DNA of 64,000 nucleotides from Chloroflexota bacterium (GTDB taxonomy: Bacteria; Chloroflexota; Anaerolineae; Anaerolineales; UBA4823). Each line of letters begins with the position of its first letter. Position 1 is the stretch's first letter. Below the pieces are notes generated by a model that saw only the letters and a list, made by a program, of their open reading frames with translations, had not been told where the DNA came from and did not search any database. Both the position numbers and the translations under genes were made by a program. Shown in pieces: positions 9,498 to 19,322 of this stretch. The DNA lies in contig JAAYXE010000075.1 in assembly GCA_012516075.1 (NCBI GenBank), positions 1,860 through 65,859 on the forward strand. The letters run 5' to 3'.

Positions 9498-11569
9498 TGC
9501 TTTATCTCCTCTACCGCCAGCGGCACAGTAAACCAGAAGACCGCGCCGCCTCCTTCCCGACTGGTCACGCCAACCTGCCCACCCTGCGCCTCAACAATCG
9601 CTTTCACCACCGTCAGACCCAGGCCGGTACCGTACTCCGGTTTTTCGCCCTCCTGGCTCAGGCGCACAAAACGGGTGAACATGTCGGGCAACCGCTCCTG
9701 AGGGATGCCGGGACCGCGATCGGCCACCAGCACTCGCAGACTGTTCTCCTGCCACATTTCTGCCGTCAGCGTGACCTCACCGCCGGTGGCGCCGTATTTC
9801 AGTGCGTTCGCAAGCAGGTTAACCAGCGCCTGGCTGGTGCGCCGGGGGTCGGCCTGCACGGCCGGAAGTGCTTCGGGGAGCTGGACGTGCAGCACCTGCT
9901 CGTACTTATCAAACAGAGGACGCATGGTGTGAACGGCATCTTCCACGATTTCTTCAAGCGACGTCGTACGCGGGTACACACGGAAGCGCCCGGCTTCGAT
10001 GCTGGCACCCTCCAGCAGATTATCGATCAGTGTCTGCAGATTCACAATGCCCAGGTGCAGAGAATCCAGCAGTTCGTTAATTTCATCCACGCTCAGGTCC
10101 GAAAGCTGCTCCAGAAGGAGCTCGATGGACGCTGCCAGCGCAGAAAGCGGCGTGCGGAATTCGTGGGTGATGTTTGCCAGGAAGTCTCCCAGCAGGTGGC
10201 GGACGGCGTCTTCATCGCTCACGTCCCGCAGCACCAGCGCACCGTTAGGCTTACCCGCCTGAGGAGGAGCGAGCCGCGCCCCGGTGACAGACAGCGTCGC
10301 CTGGCGCCCGCTGCGTAAACTCACAACGATCTTCTGCCGCCGTCCAGGCGCCGGTATCTGTTCCGTAAAGCGCGGGCTTTCCGGAGGGGTGGGAAAGATT
10401 TCATCACAGTAACGCCCGAGTGCCTGTTCCTGTGCAACGCCAGTAATCTGTTCTGCTCCGCGGCTGAAAAAAGTGATCCTGCCCTGCTGGTCAAAAGTTA
10501 CGATGCCTTCAACGATGGCCTCCAGCAGGTGCTCGATCCACTCTTTCTCCTTGCGAAGCTGATTGACCGAATGCCGCAGGGCGATGCGTGCATCCTCCAG
10601 AGCATAGGCAACTACAGCCACCTCGGGCACACGCGTGTGCACGCGTACCGGCGTGACCAGGTCTCCGTTGCGGAAAGCCGCTGCCGTGTGGCGCAGCTCG
10701 GCCAGCGGTCGCAGGATGCGGCCGGAAAGCAGCACACCCAGAACCGATCCGAGCAGGATGACGCCCATCAGTCCAACCGCCAGGATTTGAGTCAGGCGGC
10801 GCTGTGCAGCGACCGTTTCCGAAACCGGCAGCGCCACAAGATGCTCCAGGTCGGGGGCATCCAGTGCAAAGCGCATGTTCAGGTAAGGTTCTCCGGACAA
10901 TGTCATCCGGCCAGAAGCCTCTGCATTCCCAGGGGCGGATGCCTGCCAGCCGGCCGGGTCGTCGAGCAGCGTCGTGATTACCGGGCTGCCATCGACCAGC
11001 AGCGCATGTTCCAGGCCCGTCTGCGCCTTCAGATTGCTGAGGAAAGCCTCATCCAGCGCAGTACCCACCACTACCGTCTGGCCGGTATCCAGCGGCTGGG
11101 TATCGACCAGCCAGATGTGCGGTTCATCTTCGCCGGTCAGAAAGTAACCGCTCGCACTGGAGATGCACAGTTCCGGGCCTGGAAAGGTCCCGGCCCATTC
11201 CAGCGGCGTCCCATTAGGTTTACACACAATGATGAGATCCAGCGCTGCTCCCTGCCGTAGGGTTTCCAGGTAGCGTTTCAGGGCAGAGGAATCGTCTCCC
11301 TGCAGCAGAGCGTGCAGGGTCGGGCGCTGAGCTGTGAGCACCGCCAGGTTGGTGATATCACGCTGAGCCGCGGCGTAAAGCGCCTGAGTAGTCCGGTTTC
11401 CCTGCCCCACCATCTCCCAGGACTGCCGCTCCATCTGGCTCCGAATCAACCAGATGGAGGGGATTCCCAGTGCGCCGGCCGTCAGGATCACCACCAGCGA
11501 AACGATGATGACCACCTGAACCGTCAGGCTGTCAGGGTCAAAATGAAATCGCCTGAACATATCCTTCAT
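9494..11569 (-). CDS. sensor histidine kinase (extracytoplasmic sensor, HAMP, PAS, HisKA, HATPase_c)
   Basis: 691 aa. Two TM segments flank a ~240 aa sensor domain. H-box THEFRTPLSAL. N/G boxes (LLANALKYG, DRGPGIP, GTGLGL). Confidence 0.9.
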   Translation of the reverse strand: MKDMFRRFHFDPDSLTVQVVIIVSLVVILTAGALGIPSIWLIRSQMERQSWEMVGQGNRTTQALYAAAQRDITNLAVLTAQRPTLHALLQGDDSSALKRYLETLRQGAALDLIIVCKPNGTPLEWAGTFPGPELCISSASGYFLTGEDEPHIWLVDTQPLDTGQTVVVGTALDEAFLSNLKAQTGLEHALLVDGSPVITTLLDDPAGWQASAPGNAEASGRMTLSGEPYLNMRFALDAPDLEHLVALPVSETVAAQRRLTQILAVGLMGVILLGSVLGVLLSGRILRPLAELRHTAAAFRNGDLVTPVRVHTRVPEVAVVAYALEDARIALRHSVNQLRKEKEWIEHLLEAIVEGIVTFDQQGRITFFSRGAEQITGVAQEQALGRYCDEIFPTPPESPRFTEQIPAPGRRQKIVVSLRSGRQATLSVTGARLAPPQAGKPNGALVLRDVSDEDAVRHLLGDFLANITHEFRTPLSALAASIELLLEQLSDLSVDEINELLDSLHLGIVNLQTLIDNLLEGASIEAGRFRVYPRTTSLEEIVEDAVHTMRPLFDKYEQVLHVQLPEALPAVQADPRRTSQALVNLLANALKYGATGGEVTLTAEMWQENSLRVLVADRGPGIPQERLPDMFTRFVRLSQEGEKPEYGTGLGLTVVKAIVEAQGGQVGVTSREGGGAVFWFTVPLAVEEIKQ

Positions 11570-11753
11570 TTGTCATTCAAAGGTGATCGTTCTCACTACC
11601 TTTATGATATCGCATCTTCTCCGGTCCGGGCGGTTCCATGTGTTTATTGTTGGTCTGATCACCGGCCTATAAGGCCGTATGAACAGCGGACAGGAGTGAT
11701 AAAGGTCGGGCTGAAAATATGCTGAGAGTTATCCGGAAAGATGACATGTTTCC

Positions 11754-11782
11754 TTGACAATCTGATCATACTTCAATAGAAT
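11754..11782 (+). promoter_or_regulatory. sigma70-type promoter candidate for the cysK-cysE leader
   Basis: TTGACA (11754-11759), a 17 nt spacer, then TAGAAT (11777-11782), about 285 nt upstream of the cysK ATG. Confidence 0.5.
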
Positions 11783-11802
11783 GATCCTGAATCAGGTCTT
11801 GT

Positions 11803-11859
11803 ATGGAGATTTTGAGAGAAATGTTGATGAGCTGCTCCTGTATGAGGCGGGGTCTGTAA
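11803..11859 (+). CDS. candidate 18-aa leader peptide with two Cys codons (MEILREMLMSCSCMRRGL)
   Basis: Own reading: ATG GAG ATT TTG AGA GAA ATG TTG ATG AGC TGC TCC TGT ATG AGG CGG GGT CTG TAA. Only a weak AGG about 7 nt upstream. Lies just downstream of the candidate promoter and upstream of a terminator-like structure. Confidence 0.25.
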   Translation: MEILREMLMSCSCMRRGL

Positions 11860-11925
11860 CCGCCGCTAACACTAACCAATAACCTGCTCAGGCCCTTCGA
11901 ACTCATTTCTTCCAACTGACTACTG

Positions 11926-12037
11926 AAACGGCCTCTGCCGCAGGCGGCGAACAGCAACCCCGCATCTCTTCATGGCATATGCCAGTTTTCGTCGCCTGAG
12001 TCGAGCCTCAAGCACTCGACGGCAGAAGGCCGTTTTT
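11926..12037 (+). terminator. compound stem structure ending in a U-run (attenuator/terminator candidate) in the cysK leader
   Basis: aaacggcctctgccg (11926-11940) pairs with cggcag-a-aggccgttt (12020-12035), then ttttt. Nested helices: caggcggcgaa (11941-51) with ttcgtcgcctg (11989-99); tggcatatgcca; gtcgag..ctcgac. Ends about 30 nt before the cysK ATG (SD ggagg at 12055-12059). Confidence 0.45.
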
Positions 12038-12066
12038 AATTCTTAATCGCTACTGGAGGTAATCCT

Positions 12067-12999
12067 ATGAAAATTGCAAATAATGTAACCGAGCTGGTGG
12101 GTAACACCCCTCTGGTTCGTCTTAACCGGGTGACCGAGGGCGCGGTCGCCGATGTAGTCGCTAAACTGGAGTTCTATAACCCGGCCCACAGCGTAAAGGA
12201 CCGCATTGGAGTAGCCATGATCGACGCGGCTGAAAAGGCCGGCCTGATCAACAAAGACACGATCATCGTAGAACCCACCAGCGGCAACACTGGGATTGCT
12301 CTGGCGTTTGTGTGTGCAGCGCGCGGGTACAAGCTGGTGCTGACCATGCCCGAAACCATGAGCATGGAACGCCGCATCCTGCTGCGCGCTTACGGAGCCG
12401 AGCTGATTCTGACCCCGGGCAGCGAAGGTATGGCCGGAGCGATTCGCAAGGCCGAAGAGCTGGTCGCCTCCGATCCTCGCTATTTCATGCCCCAGCAGTT
12501 TAAAAACCCCGCCAATCCGGAAATCCACCGCAGGACGACAGCCGAAGAAATCTGGCGTGATACCGATGGAAAAGCGGATATCCTGGTCGCGGGTGTCGGC
12601 ACAGGGGGAACGATCACCGGCGTCGGCGAGGTAATCAAAGAGCGCAAACCCTCTTTCCAGTGCATCGCCGTGGAACCCGAAAATTCACCGGTGCTTTCCG
12701 GAGGACAGAAGGGGCCTCACCCCATCCAGGGAATTGGCGCCGGCTTTGTCCCCGACGTGCTCAACACCCAGATCTACGATGAAGTCATCCGCGTGAAGAA
12801 TGAAGATGCTTTTGAAACCGCGCGCCGCATGGCGCGTGAGGAAGGTCTGCTGGTTGGCATCTCTTCTGGTGCGGCTACCTGGGCTGCTCTCCAGGTGGCG
12901 CGCAGACCGGAGAATGCCGGCAAGCTGATTGTGGTGATTATTCCGTCCTTCGGCGAACGCTATCTGAGCACCCAGCTTTATGCTGATTATGCTGGATGA
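12067..12999 (+). CDS. cysK: cysteine synthase A (O-acetylserine sulfhydrylase)
   Basis: 310 aa. N-terminus [23 protein letters not shown]-lysine region [31 protein letters not shown]. Confidence 0.95.
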   Translation: MKIANNVTELVGNTPLVRLNRVTEGAVADVVAKLEFYNPAHSVKDRIGVAMIDAAEKAGLINKDTIIVEPTSGNTGIALAFVCAARGYKLVLTMPETMSMERRILLRAYGAELILTPGSEGMAGAIRKAEELVASDPRYFMPQQFKNPANPEIHRRTTAEEIWRDTDGKADILVAGVGTGGTITGVGEVIKERKPSFQCIAVEPENSPVLSGGQKGPHPIQGIGAGFVPDVLNTQIYDEVIRVKNEDAFETARRMAREEGLLVGISSGAATWAALQVARRPENAGKLIVVIIPSFGERYLSTQLYADYAG

Positions 13000-13026
13000 C
13001 GGGATAATACAAGGAGTTAGATATCG

Positions 13027-13815
13027 ATGCTTTTCAAAGCTGCGTCGAATTCTGAAAACGTAACACTGAACGGAACCGTGAAAGCCCAAAAGACTGCTGC
13101 GAAAACCGGCATCTGGAAAACCATCCAGGAGGACGTGCGCTCTGTGCTCGAACGCGACCCCGCCGCTCGCAATGCCCTGGAGGTCATCCTCCTGTATCCG
13201 GGCCTGCATGCGGTCTGGGGATACCGGATTGCACACTGGCTCTGGGAACACAACCTGCGCCTGCTGGCGCGCGGGCTCTCCCAGTTTATCCGCCTGCTGA
13301 CCGGCATTGAGATCCACCCCGGCGCTAAGATCGGGAACGGGTTGTTCATCGATCACGGAATGGGAGTCGTGATCGGCGAGACGGCCGAGATCGGCGAGAA
13401 CGTAACCCTCTACCACGGCGTCACCCTGGGCGGCACCAGTCTTAACAAAGGGAAGCGCCACCCCACACTAGGCAGCCATGTCGTTGTGGGGGCGGGCGCG
13501 AAAGTGCTGGGCGCCATCACCATTGGTGATCACAGCCGTATCGGCGCCAATGCCGTGGTTGTCAAACCGGTTCCCCCCAATTCGGTAGTCGTGGGCGTTC
13601 CCGGGCAGATCGTCGTGCGCAGCCGCCCTGCTCCGGCCGCGAAAGGGCCAGACCTGGAACACAACCGGCTGCCCGACACTATCGGCGAGACCCTGGCCGT
13701 CATGATGGCGAAGGTGCAGGAGCTGGAAAAGAAGTTAAACGTGCAGACTCCCCAGACACCTGTCATCCACAGCCCCGATCACGGCATCTGGCACGGGGAA
13801 GATTTCTCCATCTAA
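13027..13815 (+). CDS. cysE: serine O-acetyltransferase
   Basis: 262 aa. Hexapeptide region [44 protein letters not shown]. Directly follows cysK. Confidence 0.9.
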   Translation: MLFKAASNSENVTLNGTVKAQKTAAKTGIWKTIQEDVRSVLERDPAARNALEVILLYPGLHAVWGYRIAHWLWEHNLRLLARGLSQFIRLLTGIEIHPGAKIGNGLFIDHGMGVVIGETAEIGENVTLYHGVTLGGTSLNKGKRHPTLGSHVVVGAGAKVLGAITIGDHSRIGANAVVVKPVPPNSVVVGVPGQIVVRSRPAPAAKGPDLEHNRLPDTIGETLAVMMAKVQELEKKLNVQTPQTPVIHSPDHGIWHGEDFSI

Positions 13816-13844
13816 TAACCACTTAGCAGTAAATATCCTTAAAA

Positions 13845-13880
13845 ACAGTCATCCGGACTGAGTACAGTCCGGATGACTGT
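13845..13880. terminator. bidirectional terminator between convergent cysE and the polysaccharide operon
   Basis: Perfect 16-bp stem acagtcatccggactg / cagtccggatgactgt with loop agta, flanked by aaaa (left) and cattt (right). Confidence 0.7.
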
Positions 13881-13900
13881 CATTTATCGCATACACGAGA

Positions 13901-14332
13901 TTATCCCGGAGGAGGAATTACACCGATGGTAAGCAGGATACAGGCATAGACGCGCTGCTCACCGGTCGCGATAACCAGCGATGTATCCTGGCTTCGGGCC
14001 GCTTCATAAAATGCAAAGCGGCCGAGGGGGCTGAGCTGCAGGTCCGCAGGTAGACAGGAGCGAAATTCAGCAAAGATAGCAGGCTCTTCCCCACTCTCCG
14101 GCACCATCACTTCTACGGCCTCGATGGGGATTTGATCCACAAGCACTTTGAGAACATCGATCACGTTGAGCACGCCGGGTGTAAAGTTGAGATAGACATG
14201 GTCGGCCTGCGGATTCGAGCCTGTCCGGTAGGGATAATTGCCATCTGCAATCAGTATTTTAGATCCGTGACCTGCAGTGGCCAGCGAACGCAGGATTTCA
14301 GGATGAAGCAGCCTGTTCTTGAGCATGATCAT
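13901..14332 (-). CDS. RbsD/FucU-family sugar mutarotase/pyranase
   Basis: 143 aa. Family signature LLHPEILRSLATAGHGSKILIADGNYP. Last gene of the minus-strand operon. Confidence 0.75.
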   Translation of the reverse strand: MIMLKNRLLHPEILRSLATAGHGSKILIADGNYPYRTGSNPQADHVYLNFTPGVLNVIDVLKVLVDQIPIEAVEVMVPESGEEPAIFAEFRSCLPADLQLSPLGRFAFYEAARSQDTSLVIATGEQRVYACILLTIGVIPPPG

Positions 14333-15431
14333 CTCCTAACGGGATATCAGGTTGTCTGGCTCTATCAACATAACGTTTCAGCCGCTGGACATATTTCTCC
14401 AGAGTAGCTGTCTCCAGCACCTTCTGACGCCCGCTGCGGCCCATTTTTCTGGCTTTCACCGGGTCAGACAGCAGGTCCACAATGGCCGCACGCAGGGCCG
14501 GAGGGTTTTTCGCGGGAACGTAAATGCCGTTTTCGCCATCCACAATCATATCACTCTGCCCGGGTGTATACGTACAGATGACCGCCTTTTCCATCGCCAT
14601 CGCTTCCAGAATGGCCGTGATACCCGCCTGAAAATCCACCGGTTCGAGGGACATCACGATAAAGGCACTGCGAGCGTAAATCTGGCGCAGTTCGCGATAA
14701 GAGAAGCGGCCGACAAGGACATTCTCGGGGATATCCCTCCCACGGGTTGTGTCGAGTCGCTTCGACCAGGGGCTGCCGGTGGCGATGACCAGCTGCACAT
14801 CCAGCCCGCGAACCGCTTCCAGCAGGGTAGGATAATCGCGAAGCTCCAGCCCGGCAGTTGAAATGAGCGGCCGGTCACCGCAGGGTATGTCGATTTCTCC
14901 TGTGTCTGTAAACTGGGGTGAGTAGAAATTCGTGTCCACCATAAACGGGATGAGCGGCACCCGTTCTGCAGGAACCTTCCAGCGTTCTCGAATAAAGCGC
15001 TGCTGCAGGGCAGCGTACACAAAGAACAGGTCGATCGTCTCCTGCAGGTTGTACAGGTCCATCAGACGTACTTTCTTCGGGGCAGTGATGCGATGAACGA
15101 TCATCAAATGCCGCGGGCGCGGACCGGAGCCGGCGAATTTCAGCAGCATCGCCAGGGGTATGCCCACCTGCTCCCCGTCGGTAAAGATCACCCGGTAGCG
15201 GCGGCGCAGGAGGAAACAGGCCCAGGCCAGCACCAGGTTCGGCCCGCCAATCTTTTCCAGCACGGGGGCCAGTTTTCCAACCACCTGCCGGGCGGCCGGG
15301 TAATCGAGCAAATCCGCGCCAAAGGCGCGGCTCATGGCCAGGTAATCCGGTTCGGGCCGGTCCCCGCGTGCAGCCTGTGTCTGAATATCTGCAGGGATCA
15401 CCCCGGAGATGGTAAGCAGGACATCGTTCAT
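14298..15431 (-). CDS. glycosyltransferase family 4 (GT-B, group 1)
   Basis: 377 aa. C-terminal GT4-type motif ..GITAILEAMAMEKAVICTYTPGQSDMIVDGENGIYVP.. Confidence 0.8.
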   Translation of the reverse strand: MNDVLLTISGVIPADIQTQAARGDRPEPDYLAMSRAFGADLLDYPAARQVVGKLAPVLEKIGGPNLVLAWACFLLRRRYRVIFTDGEQVGIPLAMLLKFAGSGPRPRHLMIVHRITAPKKVRLMDLYNLQETIDLFFVYAALQQRFIRERWKVPAERVPLIPFMVDTNFYSPQFTDTGEIDIPCGDRPLISTAGLELRDYPTLLEAVRGLDVQLVIATGSPWSKRLDTTRGRDIPENVLVGRFSYRELRQIYARSAFIVMSLEPVDFQAGITAILEAMAMEKAVICTYTPGQSDMIVDGENGIYVPAKNPPALRAAIVDLLSDPVKARKMGRSGRQKVLETATLEKYVQRLKRYVDRARQPDIPLGDDHAQEQAASS

Positions 15432-16540
15432 TGTGACCTCCGGGCGCGTTCGGTATCGATGATCTGTTTGATCAGATCCAGCAGCCGGCCTGCGTTGCGC
15501 CTGGCGTCAAAGTTCTGCCGGATCCATTCGTACGCCGCTGCACTCTGGCGGCAGCGGAGCTGGGGGTCGCTGATCAACTGGGCCAGCGCTGTATACAGAG
15601 CATTCCCATCTCCAGGAAGGATAAGATAGCCGGTCCGGCCATCCTGAACGATCTCGGCGATTCCCCCCACATCAGTTGACACGCTGGGCAGTCCGGCTGC
15701 CCCCGCTTCCGCAAGAACTACCGGCAGGCAGTCTCCAAACGTAGGCAGGCAAAAAATATGCGCACTGTGAAACAGATCTTTCAACTCAGGACTATTCGGC
15801 TGGAGATCATTGTAGACAATAACCCGCTTCTCCGGAGCCAGCACCGCTCGGGTCACCAGGTGAAGTTCAAGATTTACCGGGAACGTGTCCCGCAGGCTGC
15901 GGAAAACCTCCAGCAAAAGCCTGCCGCCCTTCCTTTCAAAATCTCCCCCCACAAATAGAATGCGGATGACATCTTCCGGTTCACGAGCCCGATCTGACTG
16001 CCAGGCCTGAACGTCAACCCCCGGAGGGATGACGTGTACTCTTTCCGGCTGGACCTCATATTCTGCAACCAGGCCATCCCGCGCCCAGCGTGACCATGTC
16101 ACCAGTGCTCGGGCAGTGTGGAAGCAATCCCGGTTCAACCGCCACTTAAAGTTCTCCAGCCATTCCGCGCTGCCCTGGTGGTCGTAATACGACCCGAGCG
16201 AATCGTACTGGCGTGGGGTGGCATCCAGCGAAACAATACCAGGAATCTGACGCATCCAGTCCTGCGAAAGCACGGCCGGAACCTGCGTGTGAAAGAAGAC
16301 TGCATCCAGCGCCTTCTCGCGCTGCATCGCTGCCAGTGCGCGGCGCGCCTGCCACCCAGATCTCAGCGTCCAGTTGCTGCGCAGCAGCGGCAAACGGTCA
16401 GCCAGGGTCCCCGACTGCCAGGAAATCCACGCCCACTGGGCGTCGACATCCGCCGCATCCTGGATGAAGCGCCGCAGGTTCAGTCCATGGGTCCTGTGGC
16501 CCAGGATTTGCTCAATGAAAAATCCAATACGGTAGCTCAC
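15428..16540 (-). CDS. glycosyltransferase family 4; paralog of 19319..20413
   Basis: 370 aa. ..LPTFGDCLPVVLAEAGAAGLPSVSTDVGGIAEIVQDGRTGYL.. The N-terminal half aligns by eye with the 19319..20413 product. Confidence 0.8.
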   Translation of the reverse strand: MSYRIGFFIEQILGHRTHGLNLRRFIQDAADVDAQWAWISWQSGTLADRLPLLRSNWTLRSGWQARRALAAMQREKALDAVFFHTQVPAVLSQDWMRQIPGIVSLDATPRQYDSLGSYYDHQGSAEWLENFKWRLNRDCFHTARALVTWSRWARDGLVAEYEVQPERVHVIPPGVDVQAWQSDRAREPEDVIRILFVGGDFERKGGRLLLEVFRSLRDTFPVNLELHLVTRAVLAPEKRVIVYNDLQPNSPELKDLFHSAHIFCLPTFGDCLPVVLAEAGAAGLPSVSTDVGGIAEIVQDGRTGYLILPGDGNALYTALAQLISDPQLRCRQSAAAYEWIRQNFDARRNAGRLLDLIKQIIDTERARRSQ

Positions 16541-16645
16541 GGTTATCTTTCCCCCGGATGTGATAGCGCCAACCTAGGCTGATGACATCCGGACTGCTGC
16601 GTTATCCCCCTGGGGCTGGAATTATGATCGATTCCCCTGGCGATA

Positions 16646-18322
16646 CTACGATTGGGGATAGAAAACGAGCAGGGTAATGGAGTACGGTGGCAGTGTCAGG
16701 TGGAGGGTGCTGTCCATAACATCAAAACTGGAATGGGTGATTCCCTCCAGATAATCCTGAGCATAGCGGAACATTTCCGCCTGAGACTGTGGGGCGTAGC
16801 CTCCCAGCCGGACTGAAACCTCAATTTGCTCGTCTGGTTGTTTATGGATCAGCATCAGATACAGCTTGCCGCTTTCCTGGTCGAGGGCTGCGTAGCTGCT
16901 GACGATGTCCTGATCATCAGACCGGGCGTGTACGGAAAGGTCCCCGAAGCGTCTTCCCTGCTCATCGAAGTTGGTGTACATGCGAAACGCATGGTAGGCA
17001 GGACTGTTGATGGGCGGGTAGGTCCAGTAAGCAGCCATGTACAGGTCTTCGCGGCCAAAAATACCGAGCACATCGGCGATTGCCAGCGCGCCGTTCATGC
17101 TTTCTTCGGCCCCCCAGTTCCACTCGCTGATGGCCAGCCGGGTCCCGGGGTAGTGTTCGGCGATCAACTGCTGCATCCGCGGGATCAGGAATACCGGCTC
17201 GTTGATCCACGATTCATCGACATAATCCGGGTCCCACAGAGAGCGTGTACTGCGCAGACGGTGAGCGGCAGTTTCCGGATCGGCGTTGGCGTTGTACAGT
17301 CCCTCCGGATAGTAATGGATATCGAGGACATCCAGCGTGCGCACCCCATTTTGTTCATCGTGCGAGCGCACTTTTTTCAAGAACCAGGGCAGAAAATCCT
17401 CTCCGCCGTGCAGCAGTTTATCACCCACGCCGGCCGCCGAATTCCAGTAGAAATACCAGCAGCAGGTGACCGGTCCTGTAATCTCCGCTTCGGGGGCTGC
17501 AGCCCTGACAGCCGCTGCGTACTGCAGGAAACGGGACAGGATTTCATCGTAGGTGGTACAGGAAGGGTGCACGTCGTAGTGCGTGTACCCCCACAGCTCC
17601 GGCTCATTGTCCATTGCCAGGAAGCGGATGTCCCATCCCTGCTCTTGAATGTGCTGTACCCATTCGATGACAAAATCCTCGTCAACCGGGATATTCGCCA
17701 GGTTGGGGTCCGCAACCTGATAAGGGTTCTCACAGGATGAACCACCGCCGTCGCCGCAGCTTCCATCTGGAAGCGGGAAAGAACAGGTGTTGTTGTCGTC
17801 GTTCTTCGCCACCCAGCCCAGAGTGGGCAGGGCCAGGCGCACCTGTGCGCCGGCCGCCAGCGTCTCGGAGATAAAGGCATCGCTGACCGAACCCTCGGGC
17901 AATCCGTAGTTCCCGTTGCGGTAGAACCAATCCCGGCCAGCGTTCCAGGCATGCCCGATCTTCCAGTTGTAACGTGTGGACGGATTGCCTCCCCAGCTGT
18001 GCAGTGTGGCGCCCATCGCCTGCAGTTCATTCGTGGGAGCGTTCGAAACCCCGTAGATGAGCGGGCTGATGGGGTGCACGTCCCGGTTTGTATCCACCAC
18101 TATCTGAAACATATCCTCATCCCCGGCTGGCGAGGGAGGCATATCAGGGGTGTCCGCAGCCGGATCCGTGGAAGCGGCGCTGGGCTCCGGCGGCAGTTCA
18201 GACAGTGTGGGCTGGGCGGGTGCCGTTTCGGTATCTCCCAAAAACACAGCCGTGGGCGTTCCACAGGAAGCCAGCAGCAGTACGGCACAGACCATCAGGC
18301 TGTGCAGTAGCCGGTTCATCAT
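16646..18322 (-). CDS. secreted lipoprotein, glycoside hydrolase (GH44-like)
   Basis: 558 aa. Lipobox LLLASCG. Pro/Ala-rich linker. ..HPISPLIYGVSN...WGGNPSTRYNWKIGHAWNAGRDW.. recalls the GH44 N-terminal signature. Family assignment is from memory only. Confidence 0.5.
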   Translation of the reverse strand: MMNRLLHSLMVCAVLLLASCGTPTAVFLGDTETAPAQPTLSELPPEPSAASTDPAADTPDMPPSPAGDEDMFQIVVDTNRDVHPISPLIYGVSNAPTNELQAMGATLHSWGGNPSTRYNWKIGHAWNAGRDWFYRNGNYGLPEGSVSDAFISETLAAGAQVRLALPTLGWVAKNDDNNTCSFPLPDGSCGDGGGSSCENPYQVADPNLANIPVDEDFVIEWVQHIQEQGWDIRFLAMDNEPELWGYTHYDVHPSCTTYDEILSRFLQYAAAVRAAAPEAEITGPVTCCWYFYWNSAAGVGDKLLHGGEDFLPWFLKKVRSHDEQNGVRTLDVLDIHYYPEGLYNANADPETAAHRLRSTRSLWDPDYVDESWINEPVFLIPRMQQLIAEHYPGTRLAISEWNWGAEESMNGALAIADVLGIFGREDLYMAAYWTYPPINSPAYHAFRMYTNFDEQGRRFGDLSVHARSDDQDIVSSYAALDQESGKLYLMLIHKQPDEQIEVSVRLGGYAPQSQAEMFRYAQDYLEGITHSSFDVMDSTLHLTLPPYSITLLVFYPQS

Positions 18323-18380
18323 TGTCGTTTTCCCTCCTCTTTAAACGTAGTCCGGGTGGATTTCCAGCGCGGAGAGCCGC

Positions 18381-19322
18381 TTACCAGCCCGGCGACAGGC
18401 GGCGCAGATACTCTTCAAGTAGCGGGTCGGGGGTCTCAGATGGTTGAACCGGCGCAGCATCCTGCCCTGCTCCAGGCAATAACCCTTCAGGTTCCTCCTC
18501 ATCCAGCAGGATCAGCTCAATCCTGTCAACGTAAAAGGTACGCTGAAACAGGGAGTCGTTTTTAATATAAAAACCGGTGACATATTCGTAATCCGGATCA
18601 TACAGCAGGTCATCCAGCCAGACCTGCACCTCAACCCATGTCTGCGGCGGGATTTCCGTGTTGATGCCCAGAAAATAAAGGCGCGTTTCTGAAAAAATAT
18701 TCTCATCATCCCCCGCCACAGAGCGGTCGCCAGCCAGCCAGTAAGGGTAGCGGTTGCTGCCCACCACGGTGAGTGCCAGATCTTCAGGGTAAAGCGCTTC
18801 GTCTCCGCTGTTGATCCACAGGCTCAGGCCCAGCACCCTGTCGCGAGGGTATATGCTCCGGGCATTTTTCCTGACCACCATGAAAAACTGCTGGAATTCA
18901 TCCGTAGGGGTCAGGGCAAGCGCTGTGCGCCCCCGCAGCGCCTGTGTGGATGTCATTTCCACATCCATACTCTGGATGTCGATTATCTCCCAGTCAGCGT
19001 GCACGCTTTCATCAAAAAGCGTGATGGTGGTCGTTTCGATCTCGGGAGATGCGGCTGCTGGTGTGGGTGTTGAGGGCCCCCCAGCAGCAGACACTGTAGG
19101 GGCCGGCGTGTTCCGCTGGTTATAGGGATCGGCAGCCGCCGGCGCGGCAAAGATGCTTTCCACACCCCCTGTTATGTGGAAGTCTTCCGGGGCAGCAAAA
19201 AAAGGATGTATGGTCGGGGTTGGCAGGGATGACCGGCTGCCCGGGGCCTCCACGACCTGTCGGGCGCACCCGCTCAGGAGAAGGAACAGCCCGGCCATCA
19301 GGGCCCAATAATGAACTTTCAT
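18381..19322 (-). CDS. hypothetical lipoprotein, possibly a carbohydrate-binding beta-sandwich
   Basis: 313 aa. Lipobox LLLLSGCA. Pro-rich linker, then a ~200 aa domain with no motif I recognise. 4-nt overlap with the upstream GT4 gene. Confidence 0.5.
   Translation of the reverse strand: MKVHYWALMAGLFLLLSGCARQVVEAPGSRSSLPTPTIHPFFAAPEDFHITGGVESIFAAPAAADPYNQRNTPAPTVSAAGGPSTPTPAAASPEIETTTITLFDESVHADWEIIDIQSMDVEMTSTQALRGRTALALTPTDEFQQFFMVVRKNARSIYPRDRVLGLSLWINSGDEALYPEDLALTVVGSNRYPYWLAGDRSVAGDDENIFSETRLYFLGINTEIPPQTWVEVQVWLDDLLYDPDYEYVTGFYIKNDSLFQRTFYVDRIELILLDEEEPEGLLPGAGQDAAPVQPSETPDPLLEEYLRRLSPGW

Noticed and set aside
11766-11957. 63-aa minus-strand ORF in the cysK upstream region.
   Set aside because: It lies antisense within the promoter/leader, has no ribosome-binding site and no motif. 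The region is better explained as a structured 5' leader.
11789-12066. Possible T-box, SAM or other known riboswitch in the cysK leader.
   Set aside because: I could not find the T-box core (GGGTGGTACCGCG-like sequence in the antiterminator position) or the SAM-I/SAM-IV conserved cores. GGGTCTGTAACCGCCG at ~11849 only superficially resembles a T-box and is in the wrong place. A covariance-model scan (Rfam) would settle this.
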